A DNA stretch of 63,199 bases, counting the filler, from Octopus bimaculoides (Eukaryota): the NCBI RefSeq assembly GCF_001194135.2. It is 5 parts of 4 records of this genome, joined end to end, with 100 filler letters (N's around TTAATTAATTAA, not from the genome) between each part and the next. Parts side by side here need not be neighbours in the genome. Positions count along the whole stretch, not along the records: positions 1 to 14,863 come from NC_068983.1; positions 14,964 to 44,366 come from NC_068993.1; 3 more parts are not named here. One strand, 5' to 3'. Of the stretch, positions 12,106 to 24,773 are shown in pieces (position 1 is the first letter of the stretch; every line of letters begins with the position of its first letter). The position numbers were made by a program, and so were the translations under genes. Below the pieces are notes generated by a model, which was not told where the DNA came from, made no database searches, and saw only the letters and a program-made list of their open reading frames with translations.

Positions 12106-14319
12106 CGTATGCGTGTGTAAGTGCGCGCGCGCGTGTATACCGTGTGACGAAGATATAACAGGAACATTACTGAAGGAAATAAGAAAGCAGACTTTTGTAA
12201 TTAAACGCATTTGAGAAGATTTGACAGCGTTGCCATCTAATTAAGAAATGTCTAATAGTAAAGAACACTGTTGGGTTTGAATAAATCCTGTCGTTGTATT
12301 GTAATATCTTGTGATCTGTGTGCGTTTGAATGAAAACAAATAGTGGGGGAGTTAAACGAAGATGCTTGCGTGGCTTTCATTTTGCTGATTCATTATAAAA
12401 GATCACCGAATATATTTAAAGACAGTGCTTATATACATATAAGGATATATTACGAAATTTTGAACAATTACTGCTTCTAAACAAACATATACGCCTCAAA
12501 ACACATACATATAAACACCTGCACATATGTGTGGGAGTTTAAATATGTATGCGTGTGTATATACTGTTTAGAAATGCGGTGAAAAGAATTAACGTCACAA
12601 ATAGCAAGGGCATCAGTGCTAACGTCTCTATTATTGACGTATGGGTTACGATTACTTAATGTTATAGTGTTCATATTACCCAGAACATATATAGGCATGA
12701 GAAATTACAATGAACACAAGTTCATATTATTTGTTCCTACGTAATTTGTTAGGAACTCTGCGTTGGATGTTCCAACTGTAACCGGATGCATAACGGTTCA
12801 TCAGAGGAACATTTCATTGCATCGTGCTATGTACACGTATATGTGTATGTGTGAGTATGTGTGTGGTTGTGTGCGTGCATTTGCATGTGCGTGAATGAAT
12901 GTATGTATATTTATATAAGTGCATATATATATAAGTATGTGTGTGTGTGTGTGTGTGTGTTTGTATGTATTTGAATTTGTCTATGATTGTGTGCTCGAAG
13001 GCCTTTATGTATTAATGAGTGTCTGTATGGCGTGTCTGATTTGTTTTAAAATATGACAATGAGTTACTTAACGCGTGCAGTAGAGACGAAAAATGTCAAA
13101 ATAGCCATCTGAATATTAAGAACTGATTAATAATTCTTAAATATTCCCAAGTAAAGTCCTTCATGTTTGCTCCACTCGGACTGCGAATATTTAGTAAGAT
13201 ATAGGTATTTTGAACGCTCAAAACTTTAAGCCAACCGTGGCCAAGTCAATCGATTATCAAACATACACAACTCCAAATAAATTCATTGTGTGCTACTTTC
13301 TTTCCTTTAGTCACACACTTCTATATATATATANNNNNNNNNNNNNNNNNNNNNNNNNNNNNNNNNNNNNNNNNNNNNNNNNNNNNNNNNNNNNNNNNNN
13401 NNNNNNNNNNNNNNNNNNNNNNNNNNNNNNNNNNNNNNNNNNNNNNNNNNNNNNNNNNNNNNNNNNNNNNNNNNNNNNNNNNNNNNNNNNNNNNNNNNNN
13501 NNNNNNNNNNNNNNNNNNNNNNNNNNNNNNNNNNNNNNNNNNNNNNNNNNNNNNNNNNNNNNNNNNNNNNNNNNNNNNNNNNNNNNNNNNNNNNNNNNNN
13601 NNNNNNNNNNNNNNNNNNNNNNNNNNNNNNNNNNNNNNNNNNNNNNNNNNNNNNNNNNNNNNNNNNNNNNNNNNNNNNNNNNNNNNNNNNNNNNNNNNNN
13701 NNNNNNNNNNNNNNNNNNNNNNNNNNNNNNNNNNNNNNNNNNNNNNNNNNNNNNNNNNNNNNNNNNNNNNNNNNNNNNNNNNNNNNNNNNNNNNNNNNNN
13801 NNNNNNNNNNNNNNNNNNNNNNNNNNNNNNNNNNNNNNNNNNNNNNNNNNNNNNNNNNNNNNNNNNNNNNNNNNNNNNNNNNNNNNNNNNNNNNNNNNNN
13901 NNNNNNNNNNNNNNNNCCAGTATTCCACTCGCCTTGGCGCCCACGCAACCTGCTCTAGGTTAAACTGTTCGACATACCCCCAGTTTTACGAGTCCCTGAG
14001 AAAGAATGCAGGAGATCTTATATTTTGCACAACCAATCTGTCTTGAGATTAAAGCTTCGCAGAAACCATTTTGCGAATTCCTAAGCTCTAATTTCATATA
14101 GTTTAGTATCTTTTTATAAATATATACCTATTATATATACCTATTATATGGATGTCGTGAAATCCAACCGGTTTTCGTTATTTAAATTAGCTTTTCATGG
14201 GTCTTGTATAGTAATCAACTCTCGTGACTAAGGGGTCTCGTCATTTTGGACGCTTGAAAACATAAGAATGAGTCTAGAGAGTGAACCAAGGGAGGCAACA
14301 GGTGGCAAGAGGGACAGAA

Positions 14320-14610
14320 AAAGAAAAAGACTGCATCACAAACATCCAATGCAAACCAAGCCTTTTCTATGGTCTCCCCAAAATCCAAAAGAGTCAAATA
14401 ATCAATAATGCCTGCCAATCAAATCCAGGTCTATGCATAAATATTCCAACACCAGAAGACTTAAGGTTAAGGCCGATTATAGGGAGCCCAACCTGTAAAA
14501 CACTTTCTGTACATTCTATTGAAACCTTTCCCTAGATACATTAAAAGTTTCATTAGAGACGATCTGGACATGCTAGAGTATCTGCCAAAAGTCTCCAACG
14601 AAGAAGTGAG
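14320..14610 (+). mobile_element. Penelope-like element reverse transcriptase fragment
   Basis: FYGLPKIQK...LRLRPII.SPTC, then a frameshift to KPFPRYIKSFIRDDLDMLEYLPK. YGLPKIHK/LRPII is typical of PLE reverse transcriptases. Confidence 0.85.
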
Positions 14611-14863
14611 AAAAAACAGGCGGGGAGAAGGGGAGTTTGAAGAATAAGAGAAAGGAAAAGAGAAAACGAAAGAGTAATAGGATAGAATAGTGGGAGAAGG
14701 GGAGGTAAAGGAATAAGAGAGAGGAAGAGAGAAAAACAAAAGACTAAAAAGATGGAATAGAGTGCGCATGTGAATTATTAATATAAAACTTACTTGGAAG
14801 AGGATACGCGGCGTTCGTCCTGTGTCAACGTATGCACACACACACACACACACACACACACAC

Positions 14864-14963
14864 NNNNNNNNNNNNNNNNNNNNNNNNNNNNNNNNNNNNN
14901 NNNNNNNTTAATTAATTAANNNNNNNNNNNNNNNNNNNNNNNNNNNNNNNNNNNNNNNNNNNN
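14864..14963. other. Artificial scaffold spacer, 44N-TTAATTAATTAA-44N (also 44367-44466, 52101-52200, 59741-59840)
   Basis: The identical 12-mer (stops in all six frames) sits at 14908, 44411, 52145 and 59785, each inside N runs. Confidence 0.9.
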
Positions 14964-15075
14964 AATAAGTACTAGGCTTACAAAGAATACGTCCCGGGGT
15001 CGATTTGCTCGACTAAAGGCGGTGCTCCAGCATGGCCGCAGTCAAATGACTGAAACAAGTAAAAGAGTAAAAGAG
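14964..15075 (+). mobile_element. SINE 3' end, young copy with CpGs intact
   Basis: aataagtactaggcttacaaagaa...ggggtcgatttgctcgactaaaggcggtgctccagcatggccgcagtcaaatgactgaaacaagtaaaagag. Confidence 0.85.
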
Positions 15076-15174
15076 TATATATATATATACAAATAGCATA
15101 GATAGACTGATAGACAGGCAGCCAGAGAAGTAGATAGATACAGAGACAGGCATACAGACAGATTGTTGAAGAAG

Positions 15175-15211
<37 letters not shown>

Positions 15212-15404
15212 TAATAGATAGATANNNNNNNNNNGTGTGTGTGTGTGTGTGTGTAGGTATGTATATATATCGACATCATGACAATTGATGAAATATTGAG
15301 TGAACGTAAAATAATTCCATTTTTGTCGCAGTGGCTTTCGGATCACATGAAGGCAGAGGATGTTAATATTGGGTTGGAAAACTATTTTGTATAGAAAAAT
15401 TGAA

Positions 15405-15474
15405 GGCTGCTCCTGGGATTGAACTCCACCACATTTGTAAAAATGAGAGACCTTCTCTCATGGGTTCGCAGCAA
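15405..15474 (-). pseudogene. Decayed tRNA-like unit 1 (CAT anticodon, Met-like)
   Basis: gctgc/gcagc acceptor pairing, ctCATtt loop, ggagttcaatccc T-arm, followed by a T-run. Confidence 0.4.
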
Positions 15475-15672
15475 TCTTTCATTTTTCTCTATCAATTTAA
15501 TTTTTTTTATTCAACGAGGGCTGTAAGTTTTTGACGTTATTAGAATTTATAATGTTTCGGAAGAACGTGAACTAATTCTGTATTCAAAATGAAGATATTG
15601 AACGACATACAGCGATAAATAATAGCATGGAATTAAGGGGTTGAAAAATACTTTTGAATATAAAAATTCGAA

Positions 15673-15741
15673 GGCTTTCCGTGGGACTCGATCTCACATC
15701 TCTAGTTATGATACGCATACTCTAAATATCAGTGGCAAGTA
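15673..15741 (-). pseudogene. Decayed tRNA-like unit 2 (CAT anticodon, Met-like)
   Basis: tagagtatgcgtatCATaactagagatgtgagatcgagtcccac resembles elongator tRNA-Met. It is followed by aattttt and shares its 3' flank with unit 1. Confidence 0.45.
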
Positions 15742-15775
15742 TAATATTGCCAAAATTCGTACAGAAAATCGAAGG

Positions 15776-15845
15776 GCTGGTTTGGTTCGGCGGTAAAACA
15801 CCTGCAGCATATGCGGGAGATCTGGTTTCGTGCTCTGCGTGCAAT
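15776..15845 (+). pseudogene. Decayed tRNA-Gly-like unit
   Basis: tggttcggcggtaaaac...tgcgggagatctggtttcg resembles tRNA-Gly TGGTTCAGTGGTAGAA...CGCGGGAGGCCCGGGTTCG. T10 run at 15854. Confidence 0.4.
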
Positions 15846-15884
15846 ATTCTCCCTTTTTTTTTTCACCCAAATATTTACGCGCTG

Positions 15885-16050
15885 TGGGGCGGCCAGCTGG
15901 CGGAATAGTTACTGCGCTGGGAAAAATGCTTAGGGATATTTCTTTACGTTCTCTGTTCATATTCTGCCGGTGTTTATTTTTGCCTTTCATCTGAACACTG
16001 GTGTTGATTACATCGTTTTATTCCCCACCTCCCCGAATTTGTTTTTGTGC
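15885..16050 (+). mobile_element. Old Meta-like SINE
   Basis: ggcggccagctggcggaa...tttttgcctttcatc, degenerate. Confidence 0.55.
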
Positions 16051-16639
16051 GAAAATTTAAATTCAATACTTTTTTCCTTTTTTTTTTTTTGGTACTTATG
16101 ACCTTATGCGCTTCGAGATGCACAGTTCCATAAATGAATTATATATATATGCTTTGTTTACGTATGTGAGTTAGTGTGGAAGCGTTGGAAGTTCTGCAGG
16201 TATGCGTTCCATAAAATGCTTTTTATTAAATTGGTTTATCTTCGACATGAGAGTGCCAAAAGAAAGTAACTTTTAATGGCTAATCTTTTGTAAGTAGACT
16301 AAGTACCTATTACAAGGACACGAGATTCGCTGGAAACACACTTGACACGTTGTTCAAATTACACATATTTTCAACACACATACACATATATATACACATA
16401 CATACATATATACATACATGCATTAATATATATTTAAATATATATATATATATATATATATATAGGTGCACTGAACATGACCAGGCCTATGGCTTTAAGT
16501 ACGCTTATAGACCCAGACCGGTAAGAATATAAGTAGAAAAATATCATAAAGTGCAAAAAAAAATTTTAATAGAACCTTTTATAAGAAACAAACTCTAAAA
16601 TCTACGACGCGATTCACCAAAATATTCCTTCACAATAGG

Positions 16640-18260
16640 ATGATGAAGCCTTTGTTTGATTATACAACCGAGTAGAAATATCAGCCAAACATAGAATACA
16701 CTCCTTTCTACTTACTACTTCTACTAAAATGCACGCACAGAGCGAAGATTAAGCCCTTGGCATACTATGCTTTAAAAAAAAAACACACAAGATGTTAGGA
16801 TTTTAACTGGTAGAGTGTTATATATCATTAGAAAAACTAATGCGTATTAAACAGAAACAGCAAACTTGTATTCTGCTTTTAGCCAAGAAACAAGTATTAC
16901 TTCAAAAATATTTTTAAATTAAAGAAATAGTAGAGCACAAAAGCTAATAAAATTCTTCCTGTCAAAATGCTTAAAATAGTTAATAACTTCCTTTATAACA
17001 GAAATAACAAGATTACATGAAGGAGTCCTAACTAGTAAATATTCCACGAGATCGATGACATCAGCACAAATAAACATATTTAAAAACATTGAATTATTTA
17101 ACGAAGTTAAAGTTAGAGATCGCAAAATGCCAGAGACAAGCTCCAAGTCGACCAGCAAAAGGAAGGAAAGAAACCCTTTCACCACAAGAACAAACGAATT
17201 TGAATCGCCAGGAGCCAAATTTCTTTTTCTAACCTGAATTTAACACCGTAATAACTAAACAACATACAGAAACTGACGATGTTGAATCATTCAGTAACAA
17301 TCTAGTAAAAACTCTTTCTGATTTAGCTGAAGGCTGCAGCGAAACAAATGATCAAAAAAGTAACAATATTAACTTAGTAAACTCTAGAACTGATGAAGAA
17401 ACAAACAAGTAAAGAAAAACTGAAAACTCCAATTAAACTAGAGAAAAGATAGAACAGAAGAAATGTATTAACAGAGAAATCGAATGCAATCAGAATACAT
17501 TTGAAATTACATCATAGAAACAGGTTAACAATGTAAATTATTTAAAAGTTTTCAAAAAATGAAATAGACTAAATGGAAACGCAAATGGAAGCATTAAAAG
17601 AATGCAGAGCTAAGGCTGAATGCAGAAATAGTGATGTAGAAATAATACGTGCTTGACGAATATAACGACATTACAGGAAGAATATTATCAAACTACCCTA
17701 ATACAATATGTACCAGAAATTACACAACAAGAAGGAGGGTGGAAACAGCATACAGAATTAGACAACACAGTACCAGATGTCTTTAAAGGTACAGTGTAAG
17801 GTAATGTTAAAGCACTTGCCAAGTTCTTTGCTGCTTGCCTCCAGGGTGGTAAAATGCATAGATTTTGGCACAATCGAATTAAAACTCTACTGTTTAAAAG
17901 AGCAAAGATTGGGGGAGCAACGATTGATTTATAAGCATTCTAATGGCGTTGCACAAGTTCTATGCGCCGATCCTAACGAACGGAACTGGCAAAAAATCGG
18001 ATGAAAATTCTCGTATGAACATGTCGGCTTTCTCAGTGTTATTTTTGTTTCCATCGTTCTCCACGTATACGCCATCAATATTTGATCGAAAAATCGACAG
18101 GATATTACACCTCAATCTTTGCAAGCTATAAAATTGCGTTTGTATCTGTGGAAATACCACCACTAATGACAGTCTATCAGATCATTCACCATGCAACTAC
18201 TACAACTATATGAGTGGATATATAACCATTGTAGCATGACAGCAAATATTATTCTTTAAC
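16640..18260 (+). mobile_element. RTE-clade LINE remnant (APE endonuclease end to RT N-half), heavily decayed
   Basis: LKIVNNFLYNRNNKIT*RSPN...HEIDDISTNK (EN motifs TWxSPN and EIDY, about 17015-17075). Then VPDVFKG...ALAKFFAACLQGGK...IKTLLFK and LIEKSTGY...YKIAFVSVE (RT KAFDSV region, about 18080-18150). Confidence 0.7.
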
Positions 18261-18644
18261 TGTAGGTTGAGACACTGTTCTCGGTTGTTTTATCGCTCCT
18301 AATCCAAGATTTTCTGCTGTACTCTCTAGTTCATACTGATGCATGCGTAGACCTGTACAACCCAAGCGCATGTACGCACACACGCATACACGTACATAAA
18401 TGTACACACAGAACGTAAGTGCGTACACACATGTACATACACATAGATATAGAAATATGCATATAAAACAGGTTTATACACATACATGGATATACACATA
18501 CACACTCATATTTGTGTGTATCATGTGTGTGTATGTGTGTGTGTGTGCGTGTGTGTGTGTTTGTGTGTGGGTGTATTGATGTGCATATGTATGACTATTA
18601 TCTATGGGGAAGAATCTACTTATGATACGTTACTCCTTTCAGTT

Positions 18645-18865
18645 AAGGCGGCGAGCTGGCAGAACCATTAGCATACCGGGCGTAATGCTTAGCGGTATTT
18701 CGTTCTGCTTCTACGTTCTGAGTTCAAATTCAATTCTGCCGAGGTCGACTTTACCTTTCGTCCTTTCGGGGTCGATAAATTAAGGACCAGTTGAGTACTT
18801 GGGTCGATGTAATCCACTTACCCCTACCCCAAAATTTCAGGCCTTGTGCCTATAGCAGAAAGTAT
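18645..18865 (+). mobile_element. Meta-like tRNA-derived SINE
   Basis: aaggcggcgagctggcagaa...cgttctgagttcaaat...cctttcggggtcgataaattaaggaccagtt. The central block resembles the MetaSINE/Sauria-SINE domain (from memory). Confidence 0.85.
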
Positions 18866-18974
18866 TATTCTTTTCGGTTATATGTAAATCTACAAAACGT
18901 TTTAAGTTTTCACAAAATATTTCAATGAGAAATATTAATTGACTATGATGTAAACATAAGTAGTGAATATTGGT

Positions 18975-19189
18975 TTCGAATTTTGGTACAAGCTCAGCAA
19001 ATTCGAGGTTAAGCCGATTAGATCAAACCATCCACTCCCAGCGCTCAACTGGTACTTATTTTATTAAATACAAAAAGAACGAAAGGGCAAAGTCGACTTC
19101 GGCAGAATTTGAACTCAGAACGTAAAACGGTGAAATGCTACTAAGCAATTCACCCGGCGGGCTAAAGGCTTTGTCAGTTGGCCGCCTTA
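18975..19189 (-). mobile_element. Meta-like SINE, inverted relative to its neighbours
   Basis: Reverse complement of the same family (ggtacttattt...gtcgacttcggcagaatttgaactcagaacg...gccgcctt). Confidence 0.8.
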
Positions 19190-19226
19190 TAAGTACTGAA
19201 TATTTTAGTAATGATGTCTATAGAAG

Positions 19227-19620
19227 AAGGCGGTGAACTGGCAGAAACGTTAGCGGTATTTCGTCTTTACGTTCTGAGTTCAAATTCCGCTGAGATCGAC
19301 TTTGCCTTTCATCCTTTAGGGGTCGATAAATTAAGTACCAGTTACGCACTGGCGTCGATGTGATCGACTTAATCCCTTTGTCTGTCCCCTCTATGTTTAG
19401 CCCCTTGTGGGCAATAAAGAAATAAGAAACGTTAGCATGCCGGAAGAAATGCTTAGCGTTATTTTGTCTCTACGTTCTGAGTTCAAATTCCGCTCAGTTC
19501 GACTTTGTTTTTCTTCCTTTCGGGATCCATAAATTAAGTACCAGTTGTATACTCGGATCGATGTAATCGACTGGCCCCTCCCACAAACTTTTGGGCCTTG
19601 TGCCTACAGTAAAAAAGAAT
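19227..19620 (+). mobile_element. Head-to-tail dimer of Meta-like SINE
   Basis: Monomer 1 spans 19227-19422. Monomer 2 restarts at agaaacgttagc (about 19424) and has a different 3' tail. Confidence 0.8.
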
Positions 19621-21600
19621 AATGCCTAGAGAGGATTCGTATTTTCTTTTTCAGGTAAATGAAAGCAGTTGAATACAGTTATTTAAAATTGATACAATAT
19701 CATCTATCTATCTGGCTAGCTCTTTATGTTACTTGTGAATAGTAACGCGCTGGTGTTTTCTAACATTTAATTCTCAGTACTACAACAGAGTAAATTTTTT
19801 TGTGTCTGTATTTAGGATTAATTAGAAAGACAATATACGTAGATAAACAATGTTTGTATTTTAACTATCAATAAATCGAGCCATTATATTAATGATATTA
19901 ATTTTAAAGCGATGTAAATTAATGAAGGACGAGGTCTATCCTTTAATTTTGCTTTACTAGTAGAAGAATTACTAAATTGTGTCTACAGTTTGTCCTTGTT
20001 TAGATGTAAATTAACTTTAATAGAACAAATCTATCATCATAGATATTACGTGTATAACGTTCCGGCACGTTTTATTTTACCTGGTGGATTATTTATGGAA
20101 GACCTCATAATTTAAGCTGCGTATATATCTTGTCTACGAATTTTAATATAGCACTGTCATTCTTAGCAGCTTCGGCAGTTATTTCTAGTAGTTTATTGGC
20201 TCGTGGTGTGTTAGAGTTAGAATTTTATGAAGTTGACAGGGAAACAAGTTTGGGAAGGTTTCTACAGCTTATCAACTACTGCCTGTTGTTTTTCCTTTTT
20301 TTAATTAAGACTTGGGGGAAAAAAAATCGATATTCATATAACAATGAAAACACCATTAAATTGTTAGGCTTTTAATTTAATTTTCAGATCCTTTCTATCC
20401 TTATCAGATTAAAAAAGTCACTTTCGTGTTTCATTGAAATTCAGAAGCTGCTATTCAGAATTCCCATAAAAATCGATCCCTGGCGATGTTTTTGATTTCT
20501 ATAAGTCAATAATCATCTCGTAATGGAAAATGGGTGAATGTAGGATACACGGGGAATTTTAACTAGGAACTGATATGTTGCTTAGTGATTTAAAAAGTTG
20601 CATATATACAATAAGCATTCTATGATTCCCCCCGTATGGGAACTAATATATAGATTGGGATTGTGGTTGAGAAGGGGGGGGGGAGGTTATCATTTTTAGG
20701 GCAGAAGACAATTGTGAAGTTTGATGCTCAGCAATTTAATGATAATAAAACAGTACGAGACAATCAAGTCGAAAGAAATAGAAGCGATATTTTTCTTAAA
20801 TCACATCAAGTGCCTTTAAAACAAGAGCGAACGTATTGAGATGCAAGGTCAGGTTGAAACACTTTAGATCATAAGCTTAATCGATGATCAAGGTTGAATT
20901 ATGACTACACAACAGCAACAAAAGGAACGTCAGTAACAAATTATATTTCCATAAAAATCACGTGTTGCTCAAACAAATAGAAATGGCAGCCATATTTTCC
21001 TTAAATCATCTTTACCGTATTTACTGAGGTATTAGGTTCTGATTAATTTTGCTTGAAGAAATAAAGAAAAAAACCAAAATAAATGGAATTCGATCTGCAA
21101 TACTTTCGAAATTTCACCGATCACAGATTCGACAACTTGACATATACTTTAGTCTTTGTTCCACAAGATTTTAAAAAATGCTTTTAGCATGTTGGCGGGG
21201 ACAAGTTATTGTAGAGAAATCTGGTTTACCTCTGTATCATTTAAACCTATAAATAACAACATTAGAAATTGCTTGATACGAGCAGAAACAAGTTCTTTTA
21301 ATTAACACTTGTGTAACTGTTGCTACCACTCCTAAGCTTACTCTAGCCTTGGAGGTAGTACATGTTAAAAGTCCTAATTCTTGGGAAAACAACAAAGCCT
21401 ACAAGACCGTTGAAGAGGTGATCCAAAAACAAGAGTCGCTCAAGCGCACTAGAGTGTGCACGTGCCCCGTTATCACACAGGCTAGCTAGTAGGCGCTCGC
21501 AATAATTAAATAGGGCCTCACTTTTCAGGATGAGTTTGAAGAAGTGAGAGCCTAAATGAATAATCTGTAATTATATCGGTAAAATTGAACGAAGAAATCC

Positions 21601-21650
21601 TGTTGTGTATAAGCCAGGGAGGTTTATACACAACATGTTGTGTATAAACC
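21601..21650. repeat. Three-arm inverted repeat containing a perfect 30-bp palindrome
   Basis: tgttgtgtataagcc-aggga-ggtttatacacaaca-tgttgtgtataaacc. Confidence 0.9.
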
Positions 21651-22366
21651 ACCGATGTTGACTTTGCCTTTAATCTTTTCGATTTCGATAACATGATATT
21701 CTTTCTTCTAACAATTATTTTACATAGTAAAACATTCATTTTCAAAATTGTTAATGTACCAGAGGGCCAAATCAAACTGTCTTTCCTGCTTGTAACTCAT
21801 ATCTCTCTTTCCGTTCTCTCTGTATATAAATATATGTATGTATATNNNNNNNNNNNNNNNNNNNNNNNNNNNNNNNNNNNNNNNNNNNNNNNNNNNNNNN
21901 NNNNNNNNNNNNNNNNNNNNNNNNNNNNNNNNNNNNNNNNNNNNNNNNNNNNNNNNNNNNNNNNNNNNNNNNNNNNNNNNNNNNNNNNNNNNNNNNNNNN
22001 NNNNNTATATATATATATATATATATATGAGCGTGCCTGTCTGTTACTGGAAACAAATTATATTTCGTTGCTCTATTGCTCATTGATCTTTACATCTCAT
22101 TGAAATGGAAATAGATTTTGATTTAAATTGCTTATAATCTAACCACTAGAAGAATATTATTATAGGTAGTTTATATCTTCGACTGCTATTCATAGTTAAG
22201 CCTGTTTATATCCTTACGTAAAGATAAATATACTATTTCGTTGTATTACCTGTTTGGATTAGTTGAAATGTTTGTTGTAAAACAAGTGTAGAAAGTTATG
22301 TAGATAGATCTATTCTATCATGAATTTGAGTTTATTGACACAGTTTCTTGTTGTAAAAACCATATA

Positions 22367-22905
22367 TATTGGGGACAAAACTGTATGTTGTCATTTCAAG
22401 AATAATTCACGGAGATCGACAATTTCTTAATTTAGTGTGCTGTACAAAGTGGCGATCATGAAAACATTTTCAACCACATTATGCTTTCCATGTTTCATCA
22501 AGGTTCTAATGCAAGAGAAGAATCTAGAAATGTCCCAAAAGCTTATGATTAAGCTTCAGTAAATGAAAAAGCTTACAAAATCTGGTGTGAGAAATTCAGA
22601 CGTAACAATTTCAGTTTGCTTGCTGAGCACAATGATTACGTCCTTTCGACTTAAACAACGAAATGCCACTGCAACACTTACAAGAACCCTGACATGACAC
22701 TGAAGCAGCTATCAACTGAAATGTGGAATAATCATTTGAAGAAGCTAAGTAATGTTTGAAGGTGGGGAACATGAATTCCTCAGGATCTTCGGCGGTATAT
22801 TTTGTCAACAAAATCTTGACTGATATTGATCACCTCATGCACATAACCACCATGCACCATTTCTGAATACAACCGTGATTTCATATGGGAAATGGTATCT
22901 ATCAT
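22367..22905 (+). mobile_element. mariner transposase 5' remnant
   Basis: TA-ttggggacaaaa start. FNHIMLSMFHQGSNAREESRN...IWCEKFRRNNFSL (HTH), NPDMTLKQLSTEM, HLKKLSNV*RWGT*IPQDL (WVPHEL equivalent), PFLNTTVISYGKW (IVTGDEKW equivalent). Confidence 0.7.
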
Positions 22906-23528
22906 GTGTTGCAGACAACGGCTACGCTTAAGTCAGGCCACTGTGTAGTGGCTGAATTATTCTAGCGACGGAGAAAACACTTTACATAATTTAGTTTATC
23001 TTTTCTTTCAAATTTCAAACCAAGGCTCAATCAAACAATTTATTGCACGAAAAACATTTCAAACATGTGTTCCAAAATGCCTTTATCGTATACGCTAGGC
23101 TTCGGTATTTCTTCTCTAGTATCAGATTGAAAAGGCAATGATCTTACAATGTCGGTAGTTTATGTCTTCGATGATAATTAATGGTTCCCTTAATACAAAA
23201 TCTGATCAATACTTTACGAAAACCCGATAAATTCGTGTTATTATTATTTAACATGACAAACCCAAGCCCGTGTTCGTGTCTCTACTCAATGCACATTCTC
23301 ACCGAAGCAATACTGTTTGTATGTATACTCTTTTTCTAGTAGCTTACTGTACTCTCTTCGTACATTGTTAATATTTTCGTTCTTTCGTCCACAGTTTGTG
23401 CACTTCCTCTCAGTTTGACTTTTATCATTCGCCCTTACCTTTACCAAAATTGTTATAACAGCATTTCTTGAACAGCTATAATTAGAGATTCAGTATATCT
23501 ATTCATGTTTCGATTTATTCACCTCCAA

Positions 23529-23607
23529 TCTTCTTCTTCTTCTTCTTCTTCTTCTTCTTCTTCTTCTTCTTCTTCTTCTACCTCCTCCTCCTCCTCCTCC
23601 TCCTCAT
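23529..23607. repeat. (TCT)n(CCT)n trinucleotide repeat
   Basis: Direct reading of the sequence. Confidence 0.95.
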
Positions 23608-23927
23608 TTACCTCCTTCTCTATACTTCTCTTCTTTGTTTATATTGTCTATTTTCATTCCATTCTCCAACATATACCTCATTGTTATGTCCAACAACCAT
23701 TCTATTTTTGCTACCTACGCCTTCGTTGCTGTTCCACAATAAATATTTTTATTGTAGACACTAACGACGCTCATTATAATAATATTCATACAGAGTGTAA
23801 CAATATATACCTACGTATACATATATACATGTTCATGTATGTGCACATAAAAAAATGGAAGCATTTACACAAGTATGTTCATTCGTTCTGTACTATGAAT
23901 ATATACATATATATATTTATATATATA

Positions 23928-23962
<35 letters not shown>

Positions 23963-24551
23963 ACATATATACACACACACACATACACACACNNNNNNNN
24001 NNNNNNNNNNNNNNNNNNNNNNNNNNNNNNNNNNNNNNNNNNNNNNNNNNNNNNNNNNNNNNNNNNNNNNNNNNNNNNNNNNNNNNNNNNNNNNNNNNNN
24101 NNNNNNNNNNNNNNNNNNNNNNNNNNNNNNNNNNNNNNNNNNNNNNNNNNNNNNNNNNNNNNNNNNNNNNNNNNNNNNNNNNNNNNNNNNNNNNNNNNNN
24201 NNNNNNNNNNNNNNNNNNNNNNNNNNNNNNNNNNNNNNNNNNNNNNNNNNNNNNNNNNNNNNNNNNNNNNNNNNNNNNNNNNNNNNNNNNNNNNNNNNNN
24301 NNNNNNNNNNNNNNNNNNNNNNNNNNNNNNNNNNNNNNNNNNNNNNNNNNNNNNNNNNNNNNNNNNNNNNNNNNNNNNNNNNNNNNNNNNNNNNNNNNNN
24401 NNNNNNNNNNNNNNNNNNNNNNNNNNNNNNNNNNNNNNNNNNNNNNNNNNNNNNNNNNNNNNNNNNNNNNNNNNNNNNNNNNNNNNNNNNNNNNNNNNNN
24501 NNNNNNNNNNNNNNNNNNNNNNNNNNNNNNNNNNNNNNNNNNNNNNNNNNN

Positions 24552-24596
<45 letters not shown>

Positions 24597-24741
24597 TATA
24601 TGCATGTACGTGTATGTACAGAGACGTATACAAAGCAGACACAGGCTTATATTCATAAATACATAAAAATATCCGTTCGTACATAAATATATGCATGCAG
24701 TTATTACATATATGTATCTCTCAATATTTATGGATTGTGAA

Positions 24742-24773
<32 letters not shown>

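Noticed and set aside
14908-14919. TTAATTAATTAA recurring four times as a possible biological motif
   Set aside because: Always centred in a 44N+12+44N block; an assembly spacer with stops in all frames.
20130-20375. 81-aa ORF and its antisense frame PRANKLLEITAEAAKNDSAILKFVDK
   Set aside because: No recognisable domain and no consistent splice sites on either strand.
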